DNA of 63,415 nucleotides, filler included, from Octopus bimaculoides (lineage: Eukaryota): NCBI RefSeq assembly GCF_001194135.2. It is 4 parts of 4 records of this genome, joined end to end, with 100 filler letters (N's around TTAATTAATTAA, not from the genome) between each part and the next. Parts side by side here need not be neighbours in the genome. Positions count along the whole stretch, not along the records: positions 28,589 to 58,928 come from NC_068989.1; 3 more parts are not named here. One strand, given 5' to 3'. The notes under the pieces were generated by a model, which was given only the letters and a program-made list of their open reading frames with translations, did no database searches and had not been told where the DNA came from. Each line of letters starts with the position of its first letter. Position 1 is the stretch's first letter. The position numbers were made by a program, and so were the translations under genes. This document shows positions 39,092-52,750 of this stretch, one piece after another.

Positions 39092-39515
39092 NNNNNNNNN
39101 NNNNNNNNNNNNNNNNNNNNNNNNNNNNNNNNNNNNNNNNNNNNNNNNNNNNNNNNNNNNNNNNNNNNNNNNNNNNNNNNNNNNNNNNNNNNNNNNNNNN
39201 NNNNNNNNNNNNNNNNNNNNNNNNNNAGGGCATAAATATAAATTAATAAATATATTCTTGGGAATAAAAAATGATGGGGTTTTTTTCCCTTATTAGTTTT
39301 TTCCCGCTAGCTTCTTGATAAAATTCTTGTAAAAGATTTTATCCTATTATTGAATTAATTATATATATATATACATATATACAACGGGCATCTTTCAGTT
39401 TCCGTCTTCCAAATCCACTCACAAAGCATTGGTCGGTTCGAAGTTATAGCAGAAGTCACGCATTGGGACTGAACCCGGAACCACGTGGTTCTTACCACAC
39501 AACCACACCGGGGCC
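38850..39515 (-). mobile_element. SINE family B split by an expanded central (CA)n tract and an N gap
   Basis: The 3' half at 38850-39050 and the head half at 39385-39515 are on the same strand and in the correct order. Confidence 0.7.
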
Positions 39516-39959
39516 TATGTTAGGAAACACTGTCAACTTGTTCACGATTTCATGCAATCGGTGGCCGTTTCTTGTTACGAGTTGCGGTTGATTTAATTAA
39601 GATATCCAGGCAGGGATCCGACATTAGATACAGAAGGATTAGCAACACCAGATGTAGTTGTGTGTGTGTGTGTGTGTGTGTGTTTCCTTATAGTTTGGCA
39701 GCAGAAATACTCGAAATTAGGGTCTTCCTTGAACTTGGTAGGGGTCAGCAGTGTGTTCTTTCAATTGTTTATTTTCCTTCTGACTCTTCCGCTGACACGT
39801 GAAGTGAGATCGTCGTCACCACCACCACCATCATCATCATCATTGTCATTGTCATCACCCCCATCCTCCTCCTCCTCCTCCTCCTCATCATCATCATCAT
39901 CAGCATCAGCAGCAGCAGCACAGGTGGCGGCGACGGCTTCTTCTTCTTCTTCTACAAAT

Positions 39960-39969
39960 ATAGATAGAT

Positions 39970-40048
<79 letters not shown>

Positions 40049-40057
40049 TACTCAGCC

Positions 40058-40110
<53 letters not shown>

Positions 40111-40237
40111 TAGACAGGCCGATAGATAGATAGATAGATAAATAAAGAGAGAGGGGGTGAGGGAAAGAAATTGGGAAAATACAAGAAAGTTTGTGAAAAA
40201 AATGGAAGGATAAAACGAAGGAAAGCAAGGAAAAGGG

Positions 40238-40297
<60 letters not shown>

Positions 40298-40996
40298 AGG
40301 GATAGAAATTGCGAAGGAAGAGATTGAGAAGGCACAAAAAAACAGAAGCGTAGGAAAACAAATGAAGAAATGAAAGAAAAGAAAATTGGGAGAAAAAGAA
40401 AAATTGGGGAACGAGAAAAAAAAAATTGGAAAGAGAAAAGACATTGCAAGAAAGATAAAAAGAGCAACATTGTAATAGAGATATAAGGAAGGTGGAGGAA
40501 GGGGAGGAGGGAGTACTAAGGGATATAAGAGGATAAAAAGGAGTAGAAGTGGGAGGAAGGAGTTGCAGGAGATTTATGACCGGTGGATGGAGGGAGTGGT
40601 AGTGGTGGGAGGAGGCTCCGTGGATCGCTCTACTTGGGCCACTCCTCCTTCACCCCCTCGTTGCCTGCTGCTCTGTCGTCTGCATATTTCTTACTCCGTC
40701 TTTTCCCTCTCTCCCCCTCCACCCTCTTTCTACTATCTTCTTTCTTTCTTGCGCTCTCATTCTACGTTCCCCTTCTTTTCATTCTCGCTCTCTCTCTCTC
40801 TCTCTCCCTATCTTTCTGTTGCAATCTCGCTCACGCCTTTCTCTCTCTCTCCCTTTCTCTTTCAATCTCGCTCACATCTTTTTCTCTCTCTCTCTCACTC
40901 CCTGACTCTTTGCTTCACTCTCGCTTCTTCCCTCTTTCATTCTTTTTTTCATTCTCCCACTCCCTGTATCTTACTACCACCGCAACCCCTACCAAT

Positions 40997-41033
<37 letters not shown>

Positions 41034-42293
41034 GTCTGTTTCTACCTCTCTCCCTCTCTCTTTCCTCCCCTTCACTGTTCTACCTGACCTTTTTGTATTT
41101 CTTCGTCTTTTTCTTTATCTCTTTCTTATTCGCTGCTTTCTCCCTTCTCTATTTCTTCACTTTTTATCTACCACCATTCCTCCACCACTATCTATCTCTC
41201 TATCTCTCTATCTATCTATCTATCTATCCCACCACCGGTCATCCGCCATTTCCCCTTTCTCTTTCTTTCTTTCTTTGTCTCTCTCGGTCTCTCCCCTCTC
41301 TCTCTCTCTCTCTCTGTTTATCGTCTCCTCCACCCCTGCCGTGCAACCACTATTCACTCTTATTCTCTCTCTCTTTCTATCTTTCTCCCTGTCAACCGTG
41401 TCCCGTCACCGTGATTTTTCCCTTCGTCGTGTTTACTTTCTCGTTTTCCCCCTCTTCTTTCTACACACACACACACACACACACTCCCCTACCTATCTGC
41501 CTTTCCTTGTCTTTCATCTCTCAGCACTGCTTCCACCACCTCAATGCTAATACGCTTTAGTCTTTCTTTCTTTCTGTCTTTCTTTTCCCTTTCTGTTTTC
41601 TCTCTCTCTCTCTCTCTCTCTCCCTCTCTCCCTTTGCGTAAACTGTCCCCTTAATTCCATTTTCTTTCACAGATTTTTCCTTCATCGTTAAAATGAAAAA
41701 AATAACACACACACTATCTCTCCCTCTCTCTCTCTCTCACCCCTTCTCTCTCTTTCTCTCTTTATCTCTCTCTGCACAAATATGAAAATAATTTCTAAAC
41801 ATACAGGGTGTCCACGGTCGGAATGTCTTTCATCATAGTTCTGTCTGATAAGAGTCGACCCTGGGCTATACAACAACAATAGACCTCCCCCCCCCACTCT
41901 TAATCAACGTTTGTCTCTGCTATCCTCCTCCCCTTCACCAATATTTTACGACCACCTTACCTTCTTTCTCTCTCTCTCTTTCTCACTCTCACTCCGTCTT
42001 ATGTTTCCCTCACTCTCTCACGCTTGCTGTCCTTACTCTCTATATTATTTTACTATTTCTTCTTTCTACATCTCTCTCTCTCTTTCTCTCACTCCTCGCA
42101 TTCTCTCACGGCTGCTATTCTCTCTATAATCTCTTACTCTTTCTTCGTTTCCCCCAAATCTACCACCCTCTCTCTCTTTGCCTCTCTGTCAACGCTGTAT
42201 CTCTTTTTCTCTTTCCTCATTCTTTCAGTCTTTCTTTTCTACCTTCTCATAATTCTGTGACAATCACTCCTTCTCTCTACGCAGATTCCTTCA

Positions 42294-42326
<33 letters not shown>

Positions 42327-42860
42327 GCTCTTTTTCTCTCTACACATTATTTATCCTGTTTCTTCTTTTCCCTTTCCTTTCTCGTTACTTTCACTTTCCC
42401 AACACTTTCTTCCCCCTCTATCCTTCTCTCTCTCTCTCTCTCTCTTTCTCCCTCTCTGTCTACTATCCTTTTAATATCACTCTCCTCTCCTCCTACTCTC
42501 TCTCCTTTCACCTCACACTCTCCCTGCCACTCTGCCTCCTCTCGCTTTCTCTTTCCATCCTTAACTCTCTTCTTCGTTTTTTCTTTCTCTTTCCCTTTCC
42601 ATTCTCCCTAAAAGCTTTTTCTACCTCACCCTTCTCTCCCTTTCTCTCTCACTCTTTCTTCTTACTAAACCCTCATTCACCCCCTCTCAACGTCTCTTCT
42701 CTTATTCTCTTCCTTTCACCGCTACCCACTTGTTACTCCAAATCTAATACTAACACCAACTCCTACCCTCTCTCTCATTCTCTCTCCCACTCACTGTCAA
42801 TCTCTCTCTCTCAGTCTCTCTGATTCTACTCCCACTCCGTCTGTCACTCTACTTACAACG
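39960..42860. repeat. Long polypurine (39960-40620) then polypyrimidine (40640-42860) low-complexity tract
   Basis: (GA)n and (GATA)n switch to (CT)n and (CTAT)n on the + strand; this produces the S/L/F-rich pseudo-ORFs. Confidence 0.9.
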
Positions 42861-43040
42861 TATGGCGCTTGTTCCACTGCTGGAAATTCGTGTGTATATT
42901 GTGTGTATGTAAATATATATGTGCGTGTGTGTCCGAGTATGTACCTTTGTACGTATCCTATGTGTGTGTGTATGTGTGTGTGTCTGTGCGAGGGTATATT
43001 TGGTTGTTACTTTTAATTATATATATATATATATACACTA

Positions 43041-43072
<32 letters not shown>

Positions 43073-43137
43073 CACACACATATATATATATACATATACA
43101 TATACAAATATATACATATGTATATGCATATATATGC

Positions 43138-43169
<32 letters not shown>

Positions 43170-43546
43170 GTATATATGCATCTATATATGTATAGTATGT
43201 ATACATATATATATATACATATATATATACATATATATACATATTTATATAAGGGCATATATATACATATATATATACACACACACACACATATTATATA
43301 TNNNNNNNNNNNNNNNNNNNNNNNNNNNNNNNNNNNNNNNNNNNNNNNNNNNNNNNNNNNNNNNNNNNNNNNNNNNNNNNNNNNNNNNNNNNNNNNNNNN
43401 NNNNNNNNNNNNNNNNNNNNNNNNNNNNNNNNNNNNNNNNNNNNNNNNNNNNNNNNNNNNNNNNNNNNNNNNNNNNNNNNATATATATATAGGGAGAGAG
43501 AGAGAGAGAGGGGGGGAAGAGAGGGAGAGAGAGAGAGATCGATCAG

Positions 43547-43830
43547 GCACGATTGTGTGGTTAAAGCGTTCCCTACACAAATATAAGGTCCCGGGGTCGA
43601 TCCTGCTGCATGGCATGTCGGACAAATACGTTTGCTCTAGTCTCGAGTCTTCCAGGTCGTGTGTCGGAATTCTAGTTGGTGGAAACTGTACGGAAGCCTG
43701 TCAGAATACTTGTAGCTGTAACTCAAAGGTCCTGTCGTATCACGGTTACGATGGGTTTTGAGTGAATTAATGAGCTACTTGATTGCGAGATACTCGGCCA
43801 CTCGCAACGCTAATGCAAAAAGTATGCCAT
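43547..43830 (+). mobile_element. Diverged SINE (family B-type head with a different tail)
   Basis: ggcacgattgtgtggttaaag..ggtcgatcc..ggaaactgtacggaagcctgtc..aaaggtcctgtc. Confidence 0.55.
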
Positions 43831-44289
43831 GTAGTTGATGCAGGCTCATAAGTCGAAATTAATACACACACACATAAACACAGTGTGTGTGTGTGCATGT
43901 GTGTGTATGTGTGTGCAAGTGTGAGTGAGTGTGTGTGCATGTGTCCGTATGTATGTGTGTATGTGTGTATGTGTGTGTATGTGTGCATGTGTGTGTGTAT
44001 GTGCGTGTATGTGTGTGTGTATATGTCTGTATGTGTGTCTGTATGTGCGTGTATGTGTGAGAGTGTGTATGTGTATGTATGCGTGTATGTGTGTGTACGT
44101 GTGTGCATGTGTGTGTCTATGTGTGTGCGTGTTTATGAGTGTGTTTGTGTGTGCGTCTGTATGTATGTGCATGTGTCTGTATGTGTGTATGTATGTGAGT
44201 GTGTATGTGCATGTACGTGTGTATGTGCATGTACATGTGCGCATGTGTGTGTGTATATGTGTGCGTGTGCATGCGTGTGTATGTGTGAA

Positions 44290-44430
44290 GTGGCATGGCT
44301 TAGTGGTTAGAGTTTTGGGCTATTGATTTGTAAGATTGTGGTTTCAATTCCCAGACCGGGCTGTGTGTTGTGTTCTTGAGCAAGACACTTTATTTCACGT
44401 TGCTCCATTCCACTCAGCTGGCAAAAAAAA
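44290..44430 (+). mobile_element. tRNA-derived SINE related to 30259
   Basis: ggcatggcttagtggttag..ggtttcaattcccagaccgggc..gttcttgagcaagacactttatttcacgttgctcc..ccactcagctggc. Confidence 0.75.
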
Positions 44431-44516
44431 TGCGTAATCAGGTGACAGGACCGGCGTCCCATCCACAGAAAACATGAAACTGGGCCTTACGACTCTACAT
44501 GACTCGTTCATATATC

Positions 44517-44551
<35 letters not shown>

Positions 44552-44830
44552 ATACACACGTGTATGTCAGTGTGCGTGTACCGATATTGTTGATGTCATA
44601 ATGATTTAGAAACTTCGAGAGAACGCGAAATAATTCGTTTCAGGAACGGTGGATCTCGGAATAAATAAAGCTATAAATAAAAGCTCGTTAGGTTAAAAAC
44701 CCCTTGGAGAGAAAAAGTCGAAGGCTGCTCGTGCGACTCGAACACATGACACGCGTTCTGCCATCTGGTATTTACACGCTACTGTTCATAACTTTATTCG
44801 CTTCGAGATTTACCGTTTCTGAAACAATTA

Positions 44831-44901
<71 letters not shown>

Positions 44902-44959
44902 TCACACACACATACATACATACACACATATATATATATCACATATTCCCCGCCCCTTC

Positions 44960-45160
44960 TTGCTTGACAAACGTTGTTGTAAACAATCAACCGGTGTCGG
45001 TTTGTTCACGTCCTTGTAAGTTATAGATTTGGCAAAATCCATAGATTAAGTAGCAGACTTTTAAAAAAAGGACTGGGGTGGATTTGTTCGAACTCAAAAT
45101 TTCAAGGCGCTGCCCCAGTATGGCCGCAGTCCAGTGACTTGAAACAACAGATAAAGGATT
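44960..45160 (+). mobile_element. SINE family B 3' half, diverged
   Basis: ttgaca..ccggtgtcggtttgttcacgtcc..ggggtggatttgttcga..tggccgcagtccagtgacttgaaac. Confidence 0.65.
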
Positions 45161-45365
45161 TTAAAAAGTGTGTGTGTGTATGTGTGTATGTATGTATGTG
45201 TGTGTGTGTGTGTGTGTGTGTAACTGTTAGTGTATTCGCATGTGTGAGCCTAAATTTTCTTTCTGTACAAAGAACAGGCTTCTCCTCTCACCATTACTCT
45301 TTGAAACAATTGAAAGACACACACACACACACACACACACACATATGGTGTGTAAGGAGGGGGAG

Positions 45366-45424
<59 letters not shown>

Positions 45425-45731
45425 CGGACCGACGGATGGACAGACAGACAGGATAAATAAGGAGATCGGCAAAGAAACAGACACACCCACACATACACAC
45501 ACACACACATACACACACACATATATATACACACACACACTCATACATCGCACATATACACACGCACAGGTGTATATGTGTGCTGTTATGCACACATATG
45601 TATGCATGCATGTATAGACACATACATCTGTGTGTGTGCAACTGTGTGTGTGTGCGTTTGTGTCTGCATATACATATATGCATGTGTGTGTGTGATGTGT
45701 GTACGTGTGTGCATGTGTCCCCGTGTATGTA

Positions 45732-45782
<51 letters not shown>

Positions 45783-46084
45783 GAATGCTGAATATTCAAA
45801 AATTCTTTACTCCGAATGACACGTTCCCAAACGACGGACGATATTGCTTCTATCGAAATAATCCTAAAATCGGAAACAACAAACTCCGAGTAAGGACTTA
45901 CGAACGTTCGGCTGGATGTACTCTTACTTTAGTGATGAGTGCTTTCCTGTTATGCAAACTTAAACGTGATAGACATACAAATAAATAAATATAGGTACAT
46001 ATATATATATATATGACAAAGAGAGAGAGAGAGAGAGAGAGAAATACACTTATATACAAATATGTCCGCAAATCTATGTATGCT

Positions 46085-46223
46085 TCTGTATATGTTCTCT
46101 ATGTGGCTTGTGTGTTTTCTCGTCTACGTTTTGTTTGCAATGTCCTGTACCCAGATATGCACCTATACATACAGGTAGATGTCGGTATGCACATACCTGT
46201 ACGTATATATGCATATACTCATT

Positions 46224-46230
<7 letters not shown>
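46085..46230 (+). repeat. Interspersed repeat family E (other copies ~50135-50235 +, ~51160-51325 +, ~56050-56265 -)
   Basis: tctatgtggcttgtgtgttttctcgtctacgttttgtttgcaatgtcctgtacccagatatgcacctat is near-identical at 51200 and diverged at the other two sites. Confidence 0.75.
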
Positions 46231-46307
<77 letters not shown>

Positions 46308-46390
46308 GTAAGTAGGTAAGTGGATAGATATATACATACATACATAAACATATAAACATATATATATATATATACATACACATACATACA

Positions 46391-46422
<32 letters not shown>

Positions 46423-46568
46423 TGTGTATGTGTGTGTGTGTACATACAAAAGACATTTACCGGCATGAATCTGATACCAACATATATTTTCACAAATGCA
46501 CACACACATCCACACATTATATTACATACATACATACATACATACATAATACATAATATATACATACA

Positions 46569-46609
<41 letters not shown>

Positions 46610-47376
46610 GTGTGTGTGTGTGTGTATTAATTCGTTGCCGTGTTGATATTTCTGTTGTGGTCANNNNNNNNNNNNNNNNNNNNNNNNNNNNNNNNNNNNN
46701 NNNNNNNNNNNNNNNNNNNNNNNNNNNNNNNNNNNNNNNNNNNNNNNNNNNNNNNNNNNNNNNNNNNNNNNNNNNNNNNNNNNNNNNNNNNNNNNNNNNN
46801 NNNNNNNNNNNNNNNNNNNNNNNNNNNNNNNNNNNNNNNNNNNNNNNNNNNNNNNNNNNNNNNNNNNNNNNNNNNNNNNNNNNNNNNNNNNNNNNNNNNN
46901 NNNNNNNNNNNNNNNNNNNNNNNNNNNNNNNNNNNNNNNNNNNNNNNNNNNNNNNNNNNNNNNNNNNNNNNNNNNNNNNNNNNNNNNNNNNNNNNNNNNN
47001 NNNNNNNNNNNNNNNNNNNNNNNNNNNNNNNNNNNNNNNNNNNNNNNNNNNNNNNNNNNNNNNNNNNNNNNNNNNNNNNNNNNNNNNNNNNNNNNNNNNN
47101 NNNNNNNNNNNNNNNNNNNNNNNNNNNNNNNNNNNNNNNNNNNNNNNNNNNNNNNNNNNNNNNNNNNNNNNNNNNNNNAAAAAGAACAACAACAAAAAGA
47201 AACAATAACCAAAAAAACAATTAACAAAAACAAAAAAAGGCTAGAAGCGTGGAACCGTTGCTGGCGTTTTCTGTTTATATTATTCCTGCTGTAGTGTGTG
47301 ATTGGTGTAATGTGATGTATATCTCGCTGGTGTTGTGTGGTCTTGTTAACAATTGTAAACAATTATTACAATAATA

Positions 47377-47418
<42 letters not shown>

Positions 47419-47817
47419 GTAAGTGGAGGAAACAATAAGAGTGAACATGTGTATTCAGAATAATATATTTTTTTAATATATAGTCAGAGACGGGATATTG
47501 GAGAGACGAATTAGTAGGTAGAGAGAGAGAACGAAACAGATGGACTAAAATACATAAGTTATAAATATATACACGCACGCAGACATATATATACACACAC
47601 ATATACACACACACATATATATATATACACATATATACACACGCTCGCAGTGATAGGAAGAGTAGAAGACTGGAAAAAAGAGGAATACATCGAGATTGAT
47701 TAGAAAGAACATAGAACGTAAGTTGTAAAATATGATTGTTGGATAGAACGATAGATAGATTGAATAGAGAGCCAGCCAGACAGACGGACAGATACAAGGA
47801 TAGATAGACGGACAGAC

Positions 47818-47877
<60 letters not shown>

Positions 47878-48644
47878 TATATACACACACATACTCGCTC
47901 ACATCACATCACAACACACGTACACACACACAGATATATATATATAAACAGAACGGAAGCAGGCATGTACCAAACATTATTCTGGATCTGGGAACATTTA
48001 TTACCAACATGATTGTCTTTTACAGACTGTCATTCTCCTCTTTCTTTTCTTCTTCTTCTCCTTCGTTTTCTTCTTCCTTTCCTTCTTCCGTATCGTCTTC
48101 CGTTTTTTACCTATTCTTACTGGTGATTGCCACAAACCATGGACACAGCTCAGGTAAATATCATTACTTATCATTATTACAATTAATATCATTATTGTCA
48201 TTATTATTTACTCATCAATATTATTATTATTATTCATTTGAAAACAGGTAATACTTTGAAATCTGTATATTTACACACATGTTCCCACACGTCCACAAAC
48301 TCACACACACACACACACACTGTATACGTCAAGTAAATTTTGTGTGCGTGTGTGTTTATATACAGGCGAGCGTAAAACTTATCGTTACAAAGTCTTTTGA
48401 GAGATGTTTACATAAATATGGTCCTATATGTGTGTGCGCGCGTCTGTGTCATAACTGCATACATATATATATATATATGTATATATATACACACACACAT
48501 ATATATATTTACATATACATATATACATATACATATGCATGCGTACACACACACTACACATACATACATAATCACAAAGGCACGTGTGTACATATATCTG
48601 TCATTCAATACATTCGCTATAGTACAATAATGTCTTATAAATGC

Positions 48645-48684
<40 letters not shown>

Positions 48685-48805
48685 ATTACAAACGCACACA
48701 CACACACACACACACGCACACTTATAAACGAAAATAAGATGTGACACGCGAAAAACAATGGTTATGTTATGAATTCCAGTAGCTTACAGCTGTTTCTGCT
48801 GTGCG

Positions 48806-48840
<35 letters not shown>

Positions 48841-49533
48841 CACATACATGTACACACCCGTTTAGTGTTGATGGTCGCAGAAAAAGAGTTCTCAATGCCA
48901 TAGTCGAGATTAATAATATATTTTAATTTGGTCGAGTCAGTCTCGTTTCTCTGAGTTTCGCCCCTCTGTGTAGAGTGTCTTTAGGCACGTCACGACTTGT
49001 ATACATTACATGTGTGTGTGTATAGTGTACACATCTGTAATTATGCTTATATATANNNNNNNNNNNNNNNNNNNNNNNNNNNNNNNNNNNNNNNNNNNNN
49101 NNNNNNNNNNNNNNNNNNNNNNNNNNNNNNNNNNNNNNNNNNNNNNNNNNNNNNNNNNNNNNNNNNNNNNNNNNNNNNNNNNNNNNNNNNNNNNNNNNNN
49201 NNNNNNNNNNNNNNNNNNNNNNNNNNNNNNNNNNNNNNNNNNNNNNNNNNNNNNNNNNNNNNNNNNNNNNNNNNNNNNNNNNNNNNNNNNNNNNNNNNNN
49301 NNNNNNNNNNNNNNNNNNNNNNNNNNNNNNNNNNNNNNNNNNNNNNNNNNNNNNNNNNNNNNNNNNNNNNNNNNNNNNNNNNNNNNNNNNNNNNNNNNNN
49401 NNNNNNNNNNNNNNNNNNNNNNNNNNNNNNNNNNNNNNNNNNNNNNNNNNNNNNNNNNNNNNNNNNNNNNNNNNNNNNNNNNNNNNNNNNNNNNNNNNNN
49501 NNNNNNNNNNNNNNNNNNNNNNNNNNNTATGTA

Positions 49534-49584
<51 letters not shown>

Positions 49585-49956
49585 AGGTGTATATGTATAT
49601 TTGCTTATGTATGTATACACATAAACACAGGGTGAGAATTTGTGTATTTATATCTCCTTATCTGTGTGTATATAAACAAGAAATGTTTGGGGTTTGATTT
49701 GAAAATTCTGGGAATTTCGGTGCCAAACAAACAAAACAGACAAATACAAGTCCTCCGAACCATTCTGCAGAGAATTCTGATATGTATTCCAAGGGAGTTT
49801 CCCAGATTCCTTACCATTACAGCTTAATTCTCCTCTCACAATTCCCGGACCAGAAACACTAAACGGATCCTTACGGGAACCGAGTTCGATATATATGTGT
49901 CACACAGACACACGTTCATATATACGCGCCGCCTATATGCATACAAGGGTACACAG

Positions 49957-49987
<31 letters not shown>

Positions 49988-51328
49988 GACTCATGTATAC
50001 ACATGCGCGCGCGATCGCGTATGGGCGAAGGTTTGTGTGATGTTATAAAAAAACACATGTTCGTTGTTTACATAGGAATAAATATATTTGCGCATAAACA
50101 CATAGTCATATATATGTGCGTGTGTATATGTATATATTTCCTATGTGTTCGTTCCGTTGTCTGTAGTTTATTGTTCTAACGTCCTGTACCGTGATATGCA
50201 TGTATATACACATGTAGATGTAAGTATGTACATATATGTGTGTATACATGTATATATATTCTTTGTATTATATATATATATATATATATAGATATATATA
50301 TGTGTGTGTGTGTGTCAGTATATATGTGTATGTATATATCTATTTATGTATGAATATAATATATATATTTATATAATATATATATACATGTATATATATA
50401 TGTGTACATGTGTGGGTATATATATATATATATGTACATATATATATACATATATATATGTATATATATATATATATGTATATATATATNNNNNNNNNNN
50501 NNNNNNNNNNNNNNNNNNNNNNNNNNNNNNNNNNNNNNNNNNNNNNNNNNNNNNNNNNNNNNNNNNNNNNNNNNNNNNNNNNNNNNNNNNNNNNNNNNNN
50601 NNNNNNNNNNNNNNNNNNNNNNNNNNNNNNNNNNNNNNNNNNNNNNNNNNNNNNNNNNNNNNNNNNNNNNNNNNNNNNNNNNNNNNNNNNNNNNNNNNNN
50701 NNNNNNNNNNNNNNNNNNNNNNNNNNNNNNNNNNNNNNNNNNNNNNNNNNNNNNNNNNNNNNNNNNNNNNNNNNNNNNNNNNNNNNNNNNNNNNNNNNNN
50801 NNNNNNNNNNNNNNNNNNNNNNNNNNNNNNNNNNNNNNNNNNNNNNNNNNNNNNNNNNNNNNNNNNNNNNNNNNNNNNNNNNNNNNNNNNNNNNNNNNNN
50901 NNNNNNNNNNNNNNNNNNNNNNNNNNNNNNNNNNNNNNNNNNNNNNNNNNNNNNNNNNNNNNNNNNNNNNNNNNNNNNNNNNNNNNNNNNNNNNNNNNNN
51001 NNNNNNNNNNNNNNNNNNNNNNNNNNNNNNNNNNNNNNNNNNNNNNNNNNNNNNNNNNNNNNNNNNNNNNNNNNNNNNNNNNNNNNNNNNNNNNNNNNNN
51101 NNNNNNNNNNNNNNNNNNNNNNNNNNNNNNNNNNNNNNNNNNNNNNNNNATATATCCATGAAACGCCGGTGTTGAAACGGGGGTAGCTGATGAAGAAGAA
51201 TGTTCTCTATGTGGCTTGTGTGTTTTCTCGTCTACGTTTTGTTTGCAATGTCCTGTACCCAGATATGCACCTATGTCGGTATGCACATACCTGTACGTAT
51301 ATATGCATATACTCATTTACTATTTGTT

Positions 51329-51366
<38 letters not shown>

Positions 51367-51577
51367 CAAATGTTTGTTTTGATGTCGAGTTATTAAAAGT
51401 AAAAGCCATTGAACATTAAATGGAAGAATTACTTAATATTTGTTTATTTCTACTAGAAGAGAGTTGACAGTGACTTCGAAGTTTCGTCCTGCTAGGCTTT
51501 GCGGGAGTTTCGGTACTTTTAGATTTGTACCAAATTTTAAGTATGTACGTATGCAGCATTGTGTGTGTGTATATATT

Positions 51578-51609
<32 letters not shown>

Positions 51610-51709
51610 NNNNNNNNNNNNNNNNNNNNNNNNNNNNNNNNNNNNNNNNNNNNNNNNNNNNNNNNNNNNNNNNNNNNNNNNNNNNNNNNNNNNNNNNNNN
51701 NNNNNNNNN

Positions 51710-51747
<38 letters not shown>

Positions 51748-51879
51748 GAGGGGGGCACCGAAATCGTTTTAAACGCTTAGTGCCCCGATGGGTCTTAAAC
51801 CGGACCTGGGTCTACAAGTAGAGTTCCTACTAATAGGTTCAGCTGTGCCTAAGTATTTTCTTTCTTTTTAATTCTTTTA

Positions 51880-52260
51880 ATTTACTTCTTTCAGTCATGA
51901 GATCGCGACCATGCTGGGGCACCGCCTTGAAGCATTTTTATTCGACCCCAGTACCTTTTCTTTTTTCATTGTTTTTGGCCTTTCATTGTTTTTTTTTATT
52001 GTTTATTCTATTTGTGTATTTTGCCAAACTGTTAGGTTGTGTACAGGGACGTAAACTCACCAACACCGGTCGTCAAGCAGCGATGGTAGACAAGCACAAA
52101 GGCGTACATATATGACAGGCTTCTTTCAGTTTCCGTGTACCAAATCCATTCATATGACCTTTATTCGGCTATAGTAGGAGGCAATTCCCCAAAGTTGCAC
52201 GCCGTGGGACTGAACCTGGAGCAATGTGGTTGTGAAGCACATATCCCACACAACTGCGCC
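51880..52260 (-). mobile_element. SINE family B, full length, diverged
   Basis: tttcagtca..ccatgctggggcaccgcc..cgacccca..gacgtaaac..ttctttcagtttccgt..gtgggactgaacc. Confidence 0.75.
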
Positions 52261-52269
52261 AATTAACGT

Positions 52270-52530
52270 GCTCCTGGCTGAGCATCCTACAGACACGCGT
52301 ACCCTTAACGTAGTTTTGAAGGTGATTTCGAGTGACACAGATCGTGCCAGTGAAGTGGCAAGGTACAGGTGTAATTCATTTGTGGCAATTACAGGTACAA
52401 CTCAGGTTTTGCTTGCTCAGTAGACTGGAGCAAAAAAAAAATGAATTATCTTGCTCAAGGAGACAATTCACCACCAGGAATTGAACTCACGAGTTTACCA
52501 TCATAAGTCGAATACCCTAACCATTTAAAG
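52270..52530 (-). mobile_element. tRNA-derived SINE related to 44290
   Basis: Reverse complement: tggttagggtattcgac..gagttcaattcctgg..ccttgagcaaga..gctccagtc. Confidence 0.65.
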
Positions 52531-52539
52531 ACACGTTTA

Positions 52540-52750
52540 TGAAGGCGATCTGGCAGAATAGAAGAGCACGCCGGATAAAATGCTTACCTGCATTTCGTCT
52601 GTCTTTACGTTCTGAGTTCAAATTCATCCGAGGGCGACTTTACCTTTCATCTTATTGAGGTCGATAAATTAAGTACTAGTAAAACACTGGGGTCGATCTA
52701 ATCAACTAGTCTCCTCCCCCAAAAATTACAGACCCTATGCTTTTAGTAGA
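52540..52750 (+). mobile_element. SINE family C
   Basis: aaggcgatctggcagaa..gcacgccgg..aaatgctta..ttctgagttcaaattc..gaggtcgataaattaagtac..ggggtcgat. Confidence 0.8.
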
